Position numbers and translations under genes: made by a program. A stretch of 64,000 nucleotides of DNA from Candidatus Binatia bacterium (lineage in GTDB: Bacteria; Desulfobacterota; Binatia; HRBIN30): the NCBI GenBank assembly GCA_038245295.1, contig JBBRSP010000004.1, positions 128,001 to 192,000 of the forward strand. The letters are read 5' to 3'. Below are positions 29,934 to 39,252 of the stretch, one piece after another (the stretch's first letter is position 1; the number at the start of each line of letters is the position of its first letter). The notes under the pieces were generated by a model, which was not told where the DNA came from, did no database searches, and saw only the letters and a program-made list of their open reading frames with translations.

Positions 29934-30956
29934 TCAGAACGATCCAGGAACGGCGAACACATCGCCTTGCAGGTTGCCACCGATGAAGTGAACATTGATC
30001 CCGGCGCCCACCGTGCGATTGTCGCGGAACTCCTCTGCAATTGCCAGCACTCCGTGGCCCGTCGAGGTATCGGCATCGGGGGCAGGTCGGATACGAGTTT
30101 GGCCGACCAGAGTCCCCTGCATCGCGTAATGGAAGATCGACCGTGTCGGTGTCGATTGATTGTCGATCTCGGAAAGCTTCGTATCGGCCCAGCATTGCAC
30201 ATTGAAACTTGCCGAGAGGCGTTGCTCGAATTCGTTGAACACCTCGAATAAGAGGTTCGCCTGCCCAGGCATCGCGTGTTCTATGTCCCCACTGCACGGA
30301 ACGAAAGTCAGCGATGTTTCGACCGGCGTCGTCAGGATCGGATCTGGCGCTTCATCAAAGAAATGATTCAGCAACAGAACCCGGGGGCACGTCGCATACT
30401 CGACGCCGTTCATGAGCAATGTGTTGTCGCCGTTGTTGCCGGGCAACCCGCGAACGGCGATGCCGTGGTACTTTCGCGTGCTGTGCGTGACTCGATCGAT
30501 GATCGTTGCTTCACCGGTGAGAGCGTTGCGCGAGATCGGCGTTTCGCTTTCATTGACGATCAGGCAGCGGAGCTCGCCGGTAAACACTGCCCCGAGGGGT
30601 GGAACTGGTCCTGGATACAACGCGGCTGGGCGATCCGGCGGCGTAATCGGCAGGCCTTGGCTCGCTACCCAAACGCTCGGCTGTAGTCGGGTCAGCTTGA
30701 TCTGAAAGTCGGTCACCGCCCACGAGGGCAATTGCGTCTGCGGGTCGATCGCTCCGTTGATGTAGAAGCAGCGGGCGAACAGTCTCGAACCCGTCGCATT
30801 GCTGATCTGGATGATGGTGTCCTGCGTCTGATCAACAACCACCTTCGGAAAGACAAGCAGCGATCCAGGTTGATCGGTGCTGACCTCATCGGCGACGACA
30901 GTGCCGCAGAGAACAGCGAGAAGGACGACTAGCCAACCAAAAAAAGTCTTTTGCAC
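29934..30956 (-). CDS. Secreted beta-rich hypothetical protein, paralog 3 of 3
   Basis: GTG start and signal peptide; shared motifs PGSLLVFPK, DFxIxLTRxQP, GELRC, EYATCP and NEFEQRLSAS. Confidence 0.85.
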   Translation of the reverse strand: MQKTFFGWLVVLLAVLCGTVVADEVSTDQPGSLLVFPKVVVDQTQDTIIQISNATGSRLFARCFYINGAIDPQTQLPSWAVTDFQIKLTRLQPSVWVASQGLPITPPDRPAALYPGPVPPLGAVFTGELRCLIVNESETPISRNALTGEATIIDRVTHSTRKYHGIAVRGLPGNNGDNTLLMNGVEYATCPRVLLLNHFFDEAPDPILTTPVETSLTFVPCSGDIEHAMPGQANLLFEVFNEFEQRLSASFNVQCWADTKLSEIDNQSTPTRSIFHYAMQGTLVGQTRIRPAPDADTSTGHGVLAIAEEFRDNRTVGAGINVHFIGGNLQGDVFAVPGSF

Positions 30957-30965
30957 CTACCCGCC

Positions 30966-31007
30966 CAAAAAACAAAAAGCGGGACAGGAGGCAAGCTCCT
31001 GTCCCGC
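30966..31007 (-). terminator. Rho-independent terminator between paralogs 2 and 3
   Basis: 12-bp stem GCGGGACAGGAG/CTCCTGTCCCGC with a 5-nt loop, followed by TTTTTGTTTTTT on the minus strand. Confidence 0.85.
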
Positions 31008-31032
31008 CTTTTGGCGGAAATGATTCGATCGT

Positions 31033-32304
31033 TTACGGCAATTCAGGCGAGAGAACGATGCGATCGGAGAGAGCGCGTGAACCGGTGAAATGCAGGTTCT
31101 CCGCGGATGTTCGAACCCCAGCCGGACCGGTGTAGCTTTCTTCGAGAACGCCGAGGATGCCGTTGGCACGATCACCGCTGGAGACTGCACGAATGCGTGT
31201 CTGACCGGTGAGGGTACCTTGGACGGCGACGTTGAATACAGACTTACTATTGTCGGTGCTGAATGGCCGCGTATCGATGTTCGACAGTTGCAGGTCCTTC
31301 TGGCAAGTGAACGATGTCGAAGCGGAGAAGCGTTGCTCGAATTCGTTGAAGGTCAGGAACTGCAAGGTCGCGCCGCCAAGATCCGCTTCCTGCAGCAAGA
31401 AGTTTTCGCTGCACGGAACCACTGTCAGACGCGAGGTCACGACGTCGTTGGCCGTTGGCTGCCCACCGACGTAACGCAGCGATAAGCTCGCATTATCGTA
31501 GAAGTGGGCCATTTGGATGACGTTGGGGCAACCGGCGTATTCGGCGAGACCTGGATCACCGCCTAGGATGAGTGTCTCGTCTCGATCGTTGATTGTAGTC
31601 GACTCCAAAGCAATCGCATTGTACTTGCGGGCATCAACCAGACCAACGGGCGGTGCGCTGACGATCGTCGCATGACCGGTGAGGTCGCCGCCACCGTTGT
31701 TAGACGGGTTGAACCCCGGGGCCGGCGCGAAGTCGGTTGGGTCAACCTGGACGCACTTCAGCTCGCCGAAGAATGGGTTGTCATTCACAGCGGGGACGCC
31801 CGAAGGGGTCTGATCGGAGTTATTGTTGCTCTGGCCACCGACCGCGTTGCTGTCAGCCAGAGGGAACGTCGGCAGACCGGTTGCGGCGGTGAACGAGATC
31901 GGTTGGCGTTTGGTCAGCGTGAAGCGGAAGTCCTGCTCCGTCCACTGCGGCACGCACACAGAACCGGCGCCGCAGCGCCGCGCGTTGCCGGGCTCCGCTT
32001 CGCCTTCAGCGGTACAGGCGATCGCTGGATTGTTGCTACAGTACGACGTGGCATTCACCCACCAGCAACGCGCCGAGATCACAGAGTTCGAAGCGTTGGT
32101 GATCTGAATTTCCGTGTCCGTCGGAACGCCGTTCGTCAGAACACCAGAGGTGTCGACAACGATCCGAGGGAAAATAAGAATTGCTCCAGGCTTGTCCGAG
32201 GCGACATCCGCCGCCCGAGCCGAACCAGCGAGCGTCACTACTGCGAGGCCTAGAACAGCCCCGGAGAGCGCTCGCTGCCATTTCTTGTGCGTCATGGTGC
32301 TCAT
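31033..32304 (-). CDS. Secreted beta-rich hypothetical protein, paralog 2 of 3
   Basis: AAGGAG upstream of ATG 32304; signal peptide ending ARA; PGAILIFPR, GELKC, EYAGCP and NEFEQRFSAS. Confidence 0.85.
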   Translation of the reverse strand: MSTMTHKKWQRALSGAVLGLAVVTLAGSARAADVASDKPGAILIFPRIVVDTSGVLTNGVPTDTEIQITNASNSVISARCWWVNATSYCSNNPAIACTAEGEAEPGNARRCGAGSVCVPQWTEQDFRFTLTKRQPISFTAATGLPTFPLADSNAVGGQSNNNSDQTPSGVPAVNDNPFFGELKCVQVDPTDFAPAPGFNPSNNGGGDLTGHATIVSAPPVGLVDARKYNAIALESTTINDRDETLILGGDPGLAEYAGCPNVIQMAHFYDNASLSLRYVGGQPTANDVVTSRLTVVPCSENFLLQEADLGGATLQFLTFNEFEQRFSASTSFTCQKDLQLSNIDTRPFSTDNSKSVFNVAVQGTLTGQTRIRAVSSGDRANGILGVLEESYTGPAGVRTSAENLHFTGSRALSDRIVLSPELP

Positions 32305-32353
32305 CACGTCTTCTCCTTTCCTCACCGCCAGCAGGTGGCCAAACATGACGCCG

Positions 32354-33529
32354 TCACTCGGACGGAACCACGATAACGTCGGTAGCATTCACACCCGGGA
32401 TCGGGGTGTCATTGTCGCCGTTGCTCGCGGTAGCCGCATCGTAACGATTGCCAGTAAACTGCAGGTTGTACGCCGCACGTGCCGACTCGCCGCCACGCAG
32501 ACGCGTTTCTTCGGCGATCGCCAGCACACCACCTTGACCAGGATTGGGGCGGATGCGCGTGTGTCGCGTCGTCGATCCACCCAACGCGCCTGGCGTAAAG
32601 GCAGAGCTGATCTGGCTGAGAGGTGCGTCCAAGAAGCAATCCACCGTTGTGGCTGCGCTCAGGCGCGATTCGAATTCGTCGTACGTGACGAAGGAGATGC
32701 CGACGCTACCGGGAACGCCGTTCTCAAGATCCTCCGAGCACGGGACCATAGTCAGAGTAGTGTTGATGGGGCAGTTGACGCCATTCACACCGCAGCCAGC
32801 TGCATTGATCGAGTCTGGGCTGGTGAGAGCTGGGTCCGGCGTTCCATGTGCATAATGGTTGAAGATCCAGACGTCCGGACAGGCGGCATACTCGCCACCC
32901 GGGCTGTTGTCGGTCAGGTTGAGCTCCAGATCGCTACCGATCTGTGCACCCGAGAGTCCACTGTTGCCAGGGATCGCGATCGCATTGTAGGACGAGGCGT
33001 CAGAGCCGTCGGCATCCAGCAAGATCGCCTTGCCCATCAGCTTGTTCCCAGTGAACGGTGCACCAGCCGAATCAACCTGGATGCACTTCAATTCGCCCCG
33101 GAAACCTTGCGGCACCGGCGGGATCAAACCAGGATCAAATCCCGATCCGTCTTGACCAAAGGCTTCGCCTTGCGTCCTGCGACCACCGCTTGCCACCCAG
33201 TGCGTGGGCTGCTGACGGGTCAGCCAGATGTCGAAGTCCGTCTCACTCCACTGGGGCGGATTAAGTGGCCCAGCCGGGAAAGCTGGGTTACGCGGCGCCG
33301 CATTCACATAGAAACAATGCGCGTGCGCCATCGGATTACCCGTGTTGTCGATCTGGATCACCGTATCGGTCGTGCTGTCAGCGATAATCTTCGGAAAGAC
33401 TAACACCGACCCACTGACCTCGGTGGAGATCTCGTTGCGCTCCTGTGCCGACGCGCTGCCAACCAGGGCAAGCGCCCCAAGTGCGGCGGCGCCCAAGGCC
33501 AGGCTCAAATTCCGCTTTTTCATAAGCAT
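32354..33529 (-). CDS. Secreted beta-rich hypothetical protein, paralog 1 of 3
   Basis: AAGGAG upstream of ATG 33529; signal peptide ending ASA; GSVLVFPK, GELKC, EYAACP and DEFESRLSA. Confidence 0.85.
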   Translation of the reverse strand: MLMKKRNLSLALGAAALGALALVGSASAQERNEISTEVSGSVLVFPKIIADSTTDTVIQIDNTGNPMAHAHCFYVNAAPRNPAFPAGPLNPPQWSETDFDIWLTRQQPTHWVASGGRRTQGEAFGQDGSGFDPGLIPPVPQGFRGELKCIQVDSAGAPFTGNKLMGKAILLDADGSDASSYNAIAIPGNSGLSGAQIGSDLELNLTDNSPGGEYAACPDVWIFNHYAHGTPDPALTSPDSINAAGCGVNGVNCPINTTLTMVPCSEDLENGVPGSVGISFVTYDEFESRLSAATTVDCFLDAPLSQISSAFTPGALGGSTTRHTRIRPNPGQGGVLAIAEETRLRGGESARAAYNLQFTGNRYDAATASNGDNDTPIPGVNATDVIVVPSE

Positions 33530-33656
33530 TCGCTTTCTCCTTTCCCCTGCCGGAGAAATCACATCTGCATCTCTCGGCCCACGCAACACAAATCCAACTC
33601 CGCGCACCTAGACCTCCCCGTACCGGCGTACATGAGCCGGGCTAGAAAGCTCGTCC

Positions 33657-33685
33657 CAGATACTGTAACGCCAGTTTGATGTCAA
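33657..33685 (-). promoter_or_regulatory. Candidate sigma70 promoter for the paralog triplet
   Basis: TTGACA-N17-TATCTG on the minus strand about 130 nt upstream of the first start; the -10 element is only a partial match. Confidence 0.4.
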
Positions 33686-33871
33686 GCTGAAAGCCTCGAT
33701 TTTAGTGGAGTTTGTGGCCGTCAATAGACGTCATCGACGGGGCTGGACGCTGCTTGACCACCCGGTATCCCTTTGTTAATCAGCCGGCCACACCGTCGGT
33801 GAGTGCTGACACCGACACACAACCATAATCTGGGGCCGAACTTTGTGGGGGAAAGAGGAGGTCTGAGGTCG

Positions 33872-35542
33872 ATGCGAAGGTACACGAAGTGTTGCGCTCT
33901 ATTGATTGCCGTGGCTGGGCTCGGCGGCTGCGCCCAGAGTGGTTCGAAGGTTACCCCGAAAGGAACTCCCGAAGGAGCCACGGGGTTTAATCTTTCCGGC
34001 GTGAGTACACCGCAATACACCAGTGCGGCGATTGGATTGCCGAAGGGCAAGATCTGGAAAAGCCAGATCGCTGTCGGTGATATCAACGGCGACGGCTTTG
34101 CCGATCTCGGCACCGTGTCACGCTTGGCGGATGGCCCTTGGATTTGGAAGGGCGACGGCAAGGGGAACTGGGTAAGCGCCTCCGATGGCCTGCCGCGCGA
34201 ACCCTTCTGCGGCGGCGGGATGGACTTTGGCGACATCAACAAAGATGGCAAAACCGACGTCGTCATAGCCGATCACTGCAAAGGCGTGTTCGCGTTCACC
34301 GGTGACGGAGCGGGGCATTGGACCAGCGCCTCGGCCGGCTTGCCGACGATTGGTTGCGAAGATATCGCCCTCGGCGACTTCAACGAAGACGGTTGTGCCG
34401 ACGTTGCCGTCGTCGCCGCATCAGAAGAAGGCGTACGCGTCTTCCTGGGCAATTGTAAGGGTGTGTGGCGTGAAGACTCAACCGGGCTACCGAAGACCGA
34501 ATGGGGCAACTCGGTAGTGGTTACCGACTTCAATAAGGACGGGCATCAGGATATCGCCGCTGCCTACTCGGCCGGCCCCCGCGTCTGGCTGGGGAACGGC
34601 AAAGGCGAATGGAAAGAATCATCGGACGGCCTGCCGGCTCCTGAAGTCCACGGCCTTTATTGGGGTATCACGGCCGGCGACCTCAACGGCGACGGACTCC
34701 CGGACCTGGCCGCCACCGATCAATCGCGCGGGCCAGAAGTGTATCTACAAACCAAGGACGGCCATTGGGTGACGACTTCGAACTCCCAATGCAGCGGTGG
34801 CTCGAATCCCGGCGCTTTCTGCGACAGCGACGGCGATTGCTCCGGCGGTGCCTGCGCCAAGTCTATCTGTAAAGGTGTCTGTGATCTCGGCGCCGTCGGC
34901 CGCGCCTGCCTGTCCGATGCCGACTGCTCGGACGGCGGCAAGAGCGATACGCCACCGAAGTGCAATGCAGCGAGCACCGCGGGCAAGCTGTGCTCCAGTG
35001 GCGGTGCGGCGGATCAATGCGGTAACGGCATCTGCGCTGCCGTTACCAACGGCCATGGCCTGCCACCGATGAATGCGCTCGGTATCGTCATCGGCGATCT
35101 CAACAACGACGGTAAGGGTGACCTGGTTGTAGCCGGCAAGACCAACACCGAAGAGATCGGTGGGGTCTACGGTGTCTACGCCTTTCTGGGCGACGGCAAA
35201 GGCAACTTCTCTCTATTGAAAGCGGCCGGCTTGCCGGATGGCGGCTGGGAGCGTACCTGGGGCGTCGGGTTGCCGGATATCGACCACGACGGTGTCCTCG
35301 ACATCGCTGTCGCATTCGGTGACGTCTTACCTCCCGCCTGGCGCTCCGGAGTTGCCCACAAAGACGGCGTTGCGGCTGAGAAGCCGGGCTTCTTCGCACG
35401 CCTCTTCGGCAGTGACGACGCGGCTACGAAGACGGACAAGACAAAGAAGGATGCACCGGCAGCGGACAAGGATAAACCCAAGGGGCCCGAGCGCGGATTC
35501 TTCGGGTCGATCGAGGTCTGGCGCGGACAATTGCCCAAGTAA
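33872..35542 (+). CDS. FG-GAP/VCBS repeat lipoprotein with Cys-rich insertion
   Basis: GAGGAGG upstream; lipobox LGGC; seven D(I/F/L)(N/D)xDGxxD repeats; 12-Cys insert at about 34790-35035. Confidence 0.85.
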   Translation: MRRYTKCCALLIAVAGLGGCAQSGSKVTPKGTPEGATGFNLSGVSTPQYTSAAIGLPKGKIWKSQIAVGDINGDGFADLGTVSRLADGPWIWKGDGKGNWVSASDGLPREPFCGGGMDFGDINKDGKTDVVIADHCKGVFAFTGDGAGHWTSASAGLPTIGCEDIALGDFNEDGCADVAVVAASEEGVRVFLGNCKGVWREDSTGLPKTEWGNSVVVTDFNKDGHQDIAAAYSAGPRVWLGNGKGEWKESSDGLPAPEVHGLYWGITAGDLNGDGLPDLAATDQSRGPEVYLQTKDGHWVTTSNSQCSGGSNPGAFCDSDGDCSGGACAKSICKGVCDLGAVGRACLSDADCSDGGKSDTPPKCNAASTAGKLCSSGGAADQCGNGICAAVTNGHGLPPMNALGIVIGDLNNDGKGDLVVAGKTNTEEIGGVYGVYAFLGDGKGNFSLLKAAGLPDGGWERTWGVGLPDIDHDGVLDIAVAFGDVLPPAWRSGVAHKDGVAAEKPGFFARLFGSDDAATKTDKTKKDAPAADKDKPKGPERGFFGSIEVWRGQLPK

Positions 35543-35573
35543 GTCGAACTCCTTCCTCTAAAAGCACCACCTC

Positions 35574-35611
35574 CAAGGGGGCGTCGTCGATCACTCGGCG
35601 GCGCCCCCTTG
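35574..35611. terminator. GC-rich hairpin after the FG-GAP gene (possible terminator)
   Basis: CAAGGGGGCGTCGTCGA-TCAC-TCGGCGGCGCCCCCTTG, a 17-bp stem with G-U pairs and a weak U tract. Confidence 0.55.
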
Positions 35612-35656
35612 TCGTTTCATGCGACGGCCGTTGCATGATCGGCGCATTGTGGGAAG

Positions 35657-37405
35657 ATGACACACATGCGGCGTCTCCAACGGTATCTGTGGCGCTACCG
35701 CTGGCGTTACTCCGCAGGTGGTCTTTGTCTGCTCGTCACCGCCAGCTTGGCGATGGCAGTGCCGTACCTCCTGAAACGCGCGATTGATGCGGTGTCACAT
35801 GGCGAGCCCTTGTCGACTGTCGCCGTTTTCTGTGCATCCATCTTTGGGATTGTAACGCTCCAAGCCGTGGCACGAACCTTCTCGCGGGTTCTCATCTTCA
35901 ACGTTGGCCGGGACGTCGAGTATGACCTACGAAACGACTTGTTCGCACACCTCGAGCGACTACCCCTTTCCTACTACCACCAACAGAAAACCGGCGATCT
36001 CATGTCGCGACTGATCAATGACGTGACTGCCGTGCGGATGCTCCTCGGCCCCGGCATCCTCAATCTCGTCAACACACCCGTCTATTACGCATACGGCGTC
36101 GCCATCATGCTCAGCATCGATCCGCGGCTCACCATCGCTGCCCTCCTCCCCTACCCGCTCCTCCTGCTCATCGTGAAACGATTCAGTCGCCGGCTCATGG
36201 AAGATACGCTGCGCGTTCAAGAAGGCCTGGCAGAGCTCAGTTCGAAGGTGCAGGAGAATTTGACCGGCATGCACGTCGTCCGCTCCTACAACAACGAAGA
36301 GCACGAGATTGCTGCGTTCACTCAACTGAACGAGCGCTTCAAAGCGCAGAGCATGAGCCTGGCCCGCGTCCGCGGCCAGATGTTCCCCATCATGAAGACG
36401 GCAGCCGGCGTCGCCATTCTCATCGTCCTGTGGTTCGGCGGCATGGAAGTGATCAACGGAAGGTCAAGTCTGGGCGATCTGGTCGCCTTCATCGGCTATC
36501 TGAATCTATTGGCGTGGCCGACCATGGCTCTGGGCTGGATGTTGTCGATCTTGCAGCGCGGCCGTGCCGCCCTGCAACGTTTGGAGTATATCTTCGCAGT
36601 CGAACCGACGATTGCCGATCCTGTCGACGCGTTGCCGCTGGCGCGCGTCGATGGCCGCATCGAGTTCCGCCATGTCGACTTCCATCATGATACCCCAAAC
36701 AACGGGCGACCAATCCTGCGCGACATCTCGTTCACGGTTGACCCAGGAACGACATTGGCGCTCGTCGGCCGCACGGGTTCGGGAAAAAGCACTGTGGCAT
36801 CGCTGCTCGCCCGCCTGTACGACGTCAGCGGTGGCCAAGTCCTCCTAGACGGGCGCGACGTGCGAAGCCTGCCGTTAGGCCAGCTCCGCCGTAGCATCGG
36901 TTTCGTTCCTCAGGATCCGTTCCTGTTTTCCACTACCATACGCGAAAACCTGCGGTTTGCCGCCCCCGACGCCGACGACACAGCGGTCGAGAATGTCGCC
37001 GAGATCGCCGGGCTAAGAGGCGACATCGAATCGTTTCCGCGTGGCTTCGAAACCATCGTCGGCGAGCGCGGCATCACCCTCTCGGGCGGGCAAAAGCAAC
37101 GCCTCACGTTGGCCCGCGCCCTACTGACCAATTCGCCGGTTCTGGTCCTCGATGATGCCCTCTCGAGCGTCGACACACGCACCGAGCGCAAGATCTTGAA
37201 CGCCCTGCAGCAGGTCACGCAGCAGCGCACCAACATCATCATCGCGCATCGCGTCTCGACCATTCAGCATGCCCACGTCATCGCGGTACTCGAGGAAGGA
37301 TGCATCGCCGAGATGGGCTCGCATTCTGAATTAATGAGCCGCGACGGGCTCTACGCGGATCTCTTTCGTCAGCAAAGGCTGGAAGAGGAAATCGCCGAAC
37401 TATGA
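35657..37405 (+). CDS. Heterodimeric ABC exporter subunit A (MdlA/YheI-like)
   Basis: TMD plus NBD: GRTGSGKS, LSGGQKQR and degenerate Walker B LDDALS. Confidence 0.92.
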   Translation: MTHMRRLQRYLWRYRWRYSAGGLCLLVTASLAMAVPYLLKRAIDAVSHGEPLSTVAVFCASIFGIVTLQAVARTFSRVLIFNVGRDVEYDLRNDLFAHLERLPLSYYHQQKTGDLMSRLINDVTAVRMLLGPGILNLVNTPVYYAYGVAIMLSIDPRLTIAALLPYPLLLLIVKRFSRRLMEDTLRVQEGLAELSSKVQENLTGMHVVRSYNNEEHEIAAFTQLNERFKAQSMSLARVRGQMFPIMKTAAGVAILIVLWFGGMEVINGRSSLGDLVAFIGYLNLLAWPTMALGWMLSILQRGRAALQRLEYIFAVEPTIADPVDALPLARVDGRIEFRHVDFHHDTPNNGRPILRDISFTVDPGTTLALVGRTGSGKSTVASLLARLYDVSGGQVLLDGRDVRSLPLGQLRRSIGFVPQDPFLFSTTIRENLRFAAPDADDTAVENVAEIAGLRGDIESFPRGFETIVGERGITLSGGQKQRLTLARALLTNSPVLVLDDALSSVDTRTERKILNALQQVTQQRTNIIIAHRVSTIQHAHVIAVLEEGCIAEMGSHSELMSRDGLYADLFRQQRLEEEIAEL

Positions 37406-39252
37406 GTCGTCCGGCAAAAACACAGCCCCCCGCGCCTTCGACTGGCGGGCGCGAGGCCGAGTTGGGTCGCGCCTACGACGCGCGGCTGATGCGGCGGCTA
37501 TGGACCTATATCCGCCCCTACAAGCGCGATTTCTGGCTGGCAACCGCCTGCTTGCCGATCTCGTCCGCGTTTGCCCTGGCGCAGCCCTACCTCATCAAAG
37601 TCGCGATCGACCGCTACATCGCTACCAATGATCGTGCCGGCTTGTCGGTTGTCGGTGCGTTGTTCGGCCTCGCCCTGCTTGGCGAATTGATATTTCTCTA
37701 TCTGCAATACTTCTGGACGATGTTGGTCGCCCAAAAAAGCCTGGCCGACATGCGCATCGCGATATTCTCGCACGTACAGACACTCGACCAGGCCTACTTC
37801 GATCGTAACCCTGTGGGGCGGCTGGTGACCCGCATGACGACGGACATCGACGTCATCAACGAAATGTTTGCCGCCGGCGCGATGACCTTGCTGATGGATT
37901 TCGTCACCCTGGCCGGAATCGTCACAATCATGCTTGCCATCGATTGGCATCTCGCCCTCGTAAGCCTCGCGCTGCTGCCGATCCTGCTCGTCGCCATCAA
38001 CTTCTTTCGCCTGCGAGCGCGCTTGAGTTACCGCTCGATCCGCGAGCGCATCGCGCGGCTCAACGCATATCTGCAAGAAGCCATCTCGGGGATGATGGTG
38101 ATCCAACTGTTCGGTCGCGAAAAGGTATCGTTCGATGAGTTTAACTCGCACAACGATTCTCATCGAGAAGCCAATCATTGGGCAAACATTTACGAAGCCA
38201 CCCTGTTTTCGCTCGTCGAGGCCATCAGCAGCATGTCGTTCGCGCTGATTGTCTGGTACGGCGGCGGCCGAATCCTGGCCGGAGCACTCGCCTTCGGAAC
38301 CCTCGTCGCCTTCATCGAATACGTACAAAAGTTCTTCATCCCGATCCGCGACTTCTCCTCGAAGTACGCCGTCATGCAATCGGCGATGGCAGCGGCGGAG
38401 CGGGTGTTCGAGTTGCTCGACACCCAACCGACGATCACCAACCCGGCCCAACCCAGGGTACCCAAGGTGCTGGCCGGACGGATCGAGTTCCGTGATGTAT
38501 GGTTCGCCTACAAACGTGAGGAGTGGATCCTCCAAGGCGTGTCGTTCGTCGTCGAACCCGGCCAGACCGTCGCCATTGTCGGAGCCACCGGCGCCGGCAA
38601 GACAACCATCATCAAATTGCTGAACCGTTTCTACGACGTGCAGCGCGGCGAAGTCTTGGTCGACGGCATTCCGGTTCGAGAGTGGGATCTTCAGGCCTTG
38701 CGCCGCTGCATCGGCGCGGTGTCACAAGATGTCTTCCTGTTCTCCGGCAGCGTTACCGAAAACATCACGCTCGGACGCAGCGACATCAGCGCCGCCGTCG
38801 TGCGCCACGCCGCCGAGACGGTCAACGCCGACCGCTTTATCGCGCGCATGCCGGGAGCCTATGACGCCATCTTACGCGAGCGCGGCACCAATCTGTCGAC
38901 CGGCCAACGACAACTTCTATCGTTTGCACGTGCGCTGGCGTACCAACCGATCATCCTGGTGCTCGACGAAGCGACCTCCAGCATCGACACAGAAACCGAA
39001 GCATTGATTCAGGATGCACTTGCGAAGCTCATGAGTGGCCGTACCGCCATCGTAATCGCACACCGTCTGTCGACAATTGAGAGCGCCGATCGCATCATCG
39101 TCATGCACCATGGCAGCGTGCGCGAATCGGGCACTCACGGCGAGCTGATTGAGTTTGGCGGTCTTTACGCACGCTTGCACGCGCTGCAAGCCCAGGAGAC
39201 CAGCGCCCCGCTACCCTCCGGCGATGCGTCGACTATGGTTGCAGCTCGCTGA
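37402..39252 (+). CDS. Heterodimeric ABC exporter subunit B (MdlB/YheH-like)
   Basis: GATGAGKTT, LSTGQRQ and LDEATS; ATGA overlap with subunit A. Confidence 0.92.
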   Translation: MSRPAKTQPPAPSTGGREAELGRAYDARLMRRLWTYIRPYKRDFWLATACLPISSAFALAQPYLIKVAIDRYIATNDRAGLSVVGALFGLALLGELIFLYLQYFWTMLVAQKSLADMRIAIFSHVQTLDQAYFDRNPVGRLVTRMTTDIDVINEMFAAGAMTLLMDFVTLAGIVTIMLAIDWHLALVSLALLPILLVAINFFRLRARLSYRSIRERIARLNAYLQEAISGMMVIQLFGREKVSFDEFNSHNDSHREANHWANIYEATLFSLVEAISSMSFALIVWYGGGRILAGALAFGTLVAFIEYVQKFFIPIRDFSSKYAVMQSAMAAAERVFELLDTQPTITNPAQPRVPKVLAGRIEFRDVWFAYKREEWILQGVSFVVEPGQTVAIVGATGAGKTTIIKLLNRFYDVQRGEVLVDGIPVREWDLQALRRCIGAVSQDVFLFSGSVTENITLGRSDISAAVVRHAAETVNADRFIARMPGAYDAILRERGTNLSTGQRQLLSFARALAYQPIILVLDEATSSIDTETEALIQDALAKLMSGRTAIVIAHRLSTIESADRIIVMHHGSVRESGTHGELIEFGGLYARLHALQAQETSAPLPSGDASTMVAAR

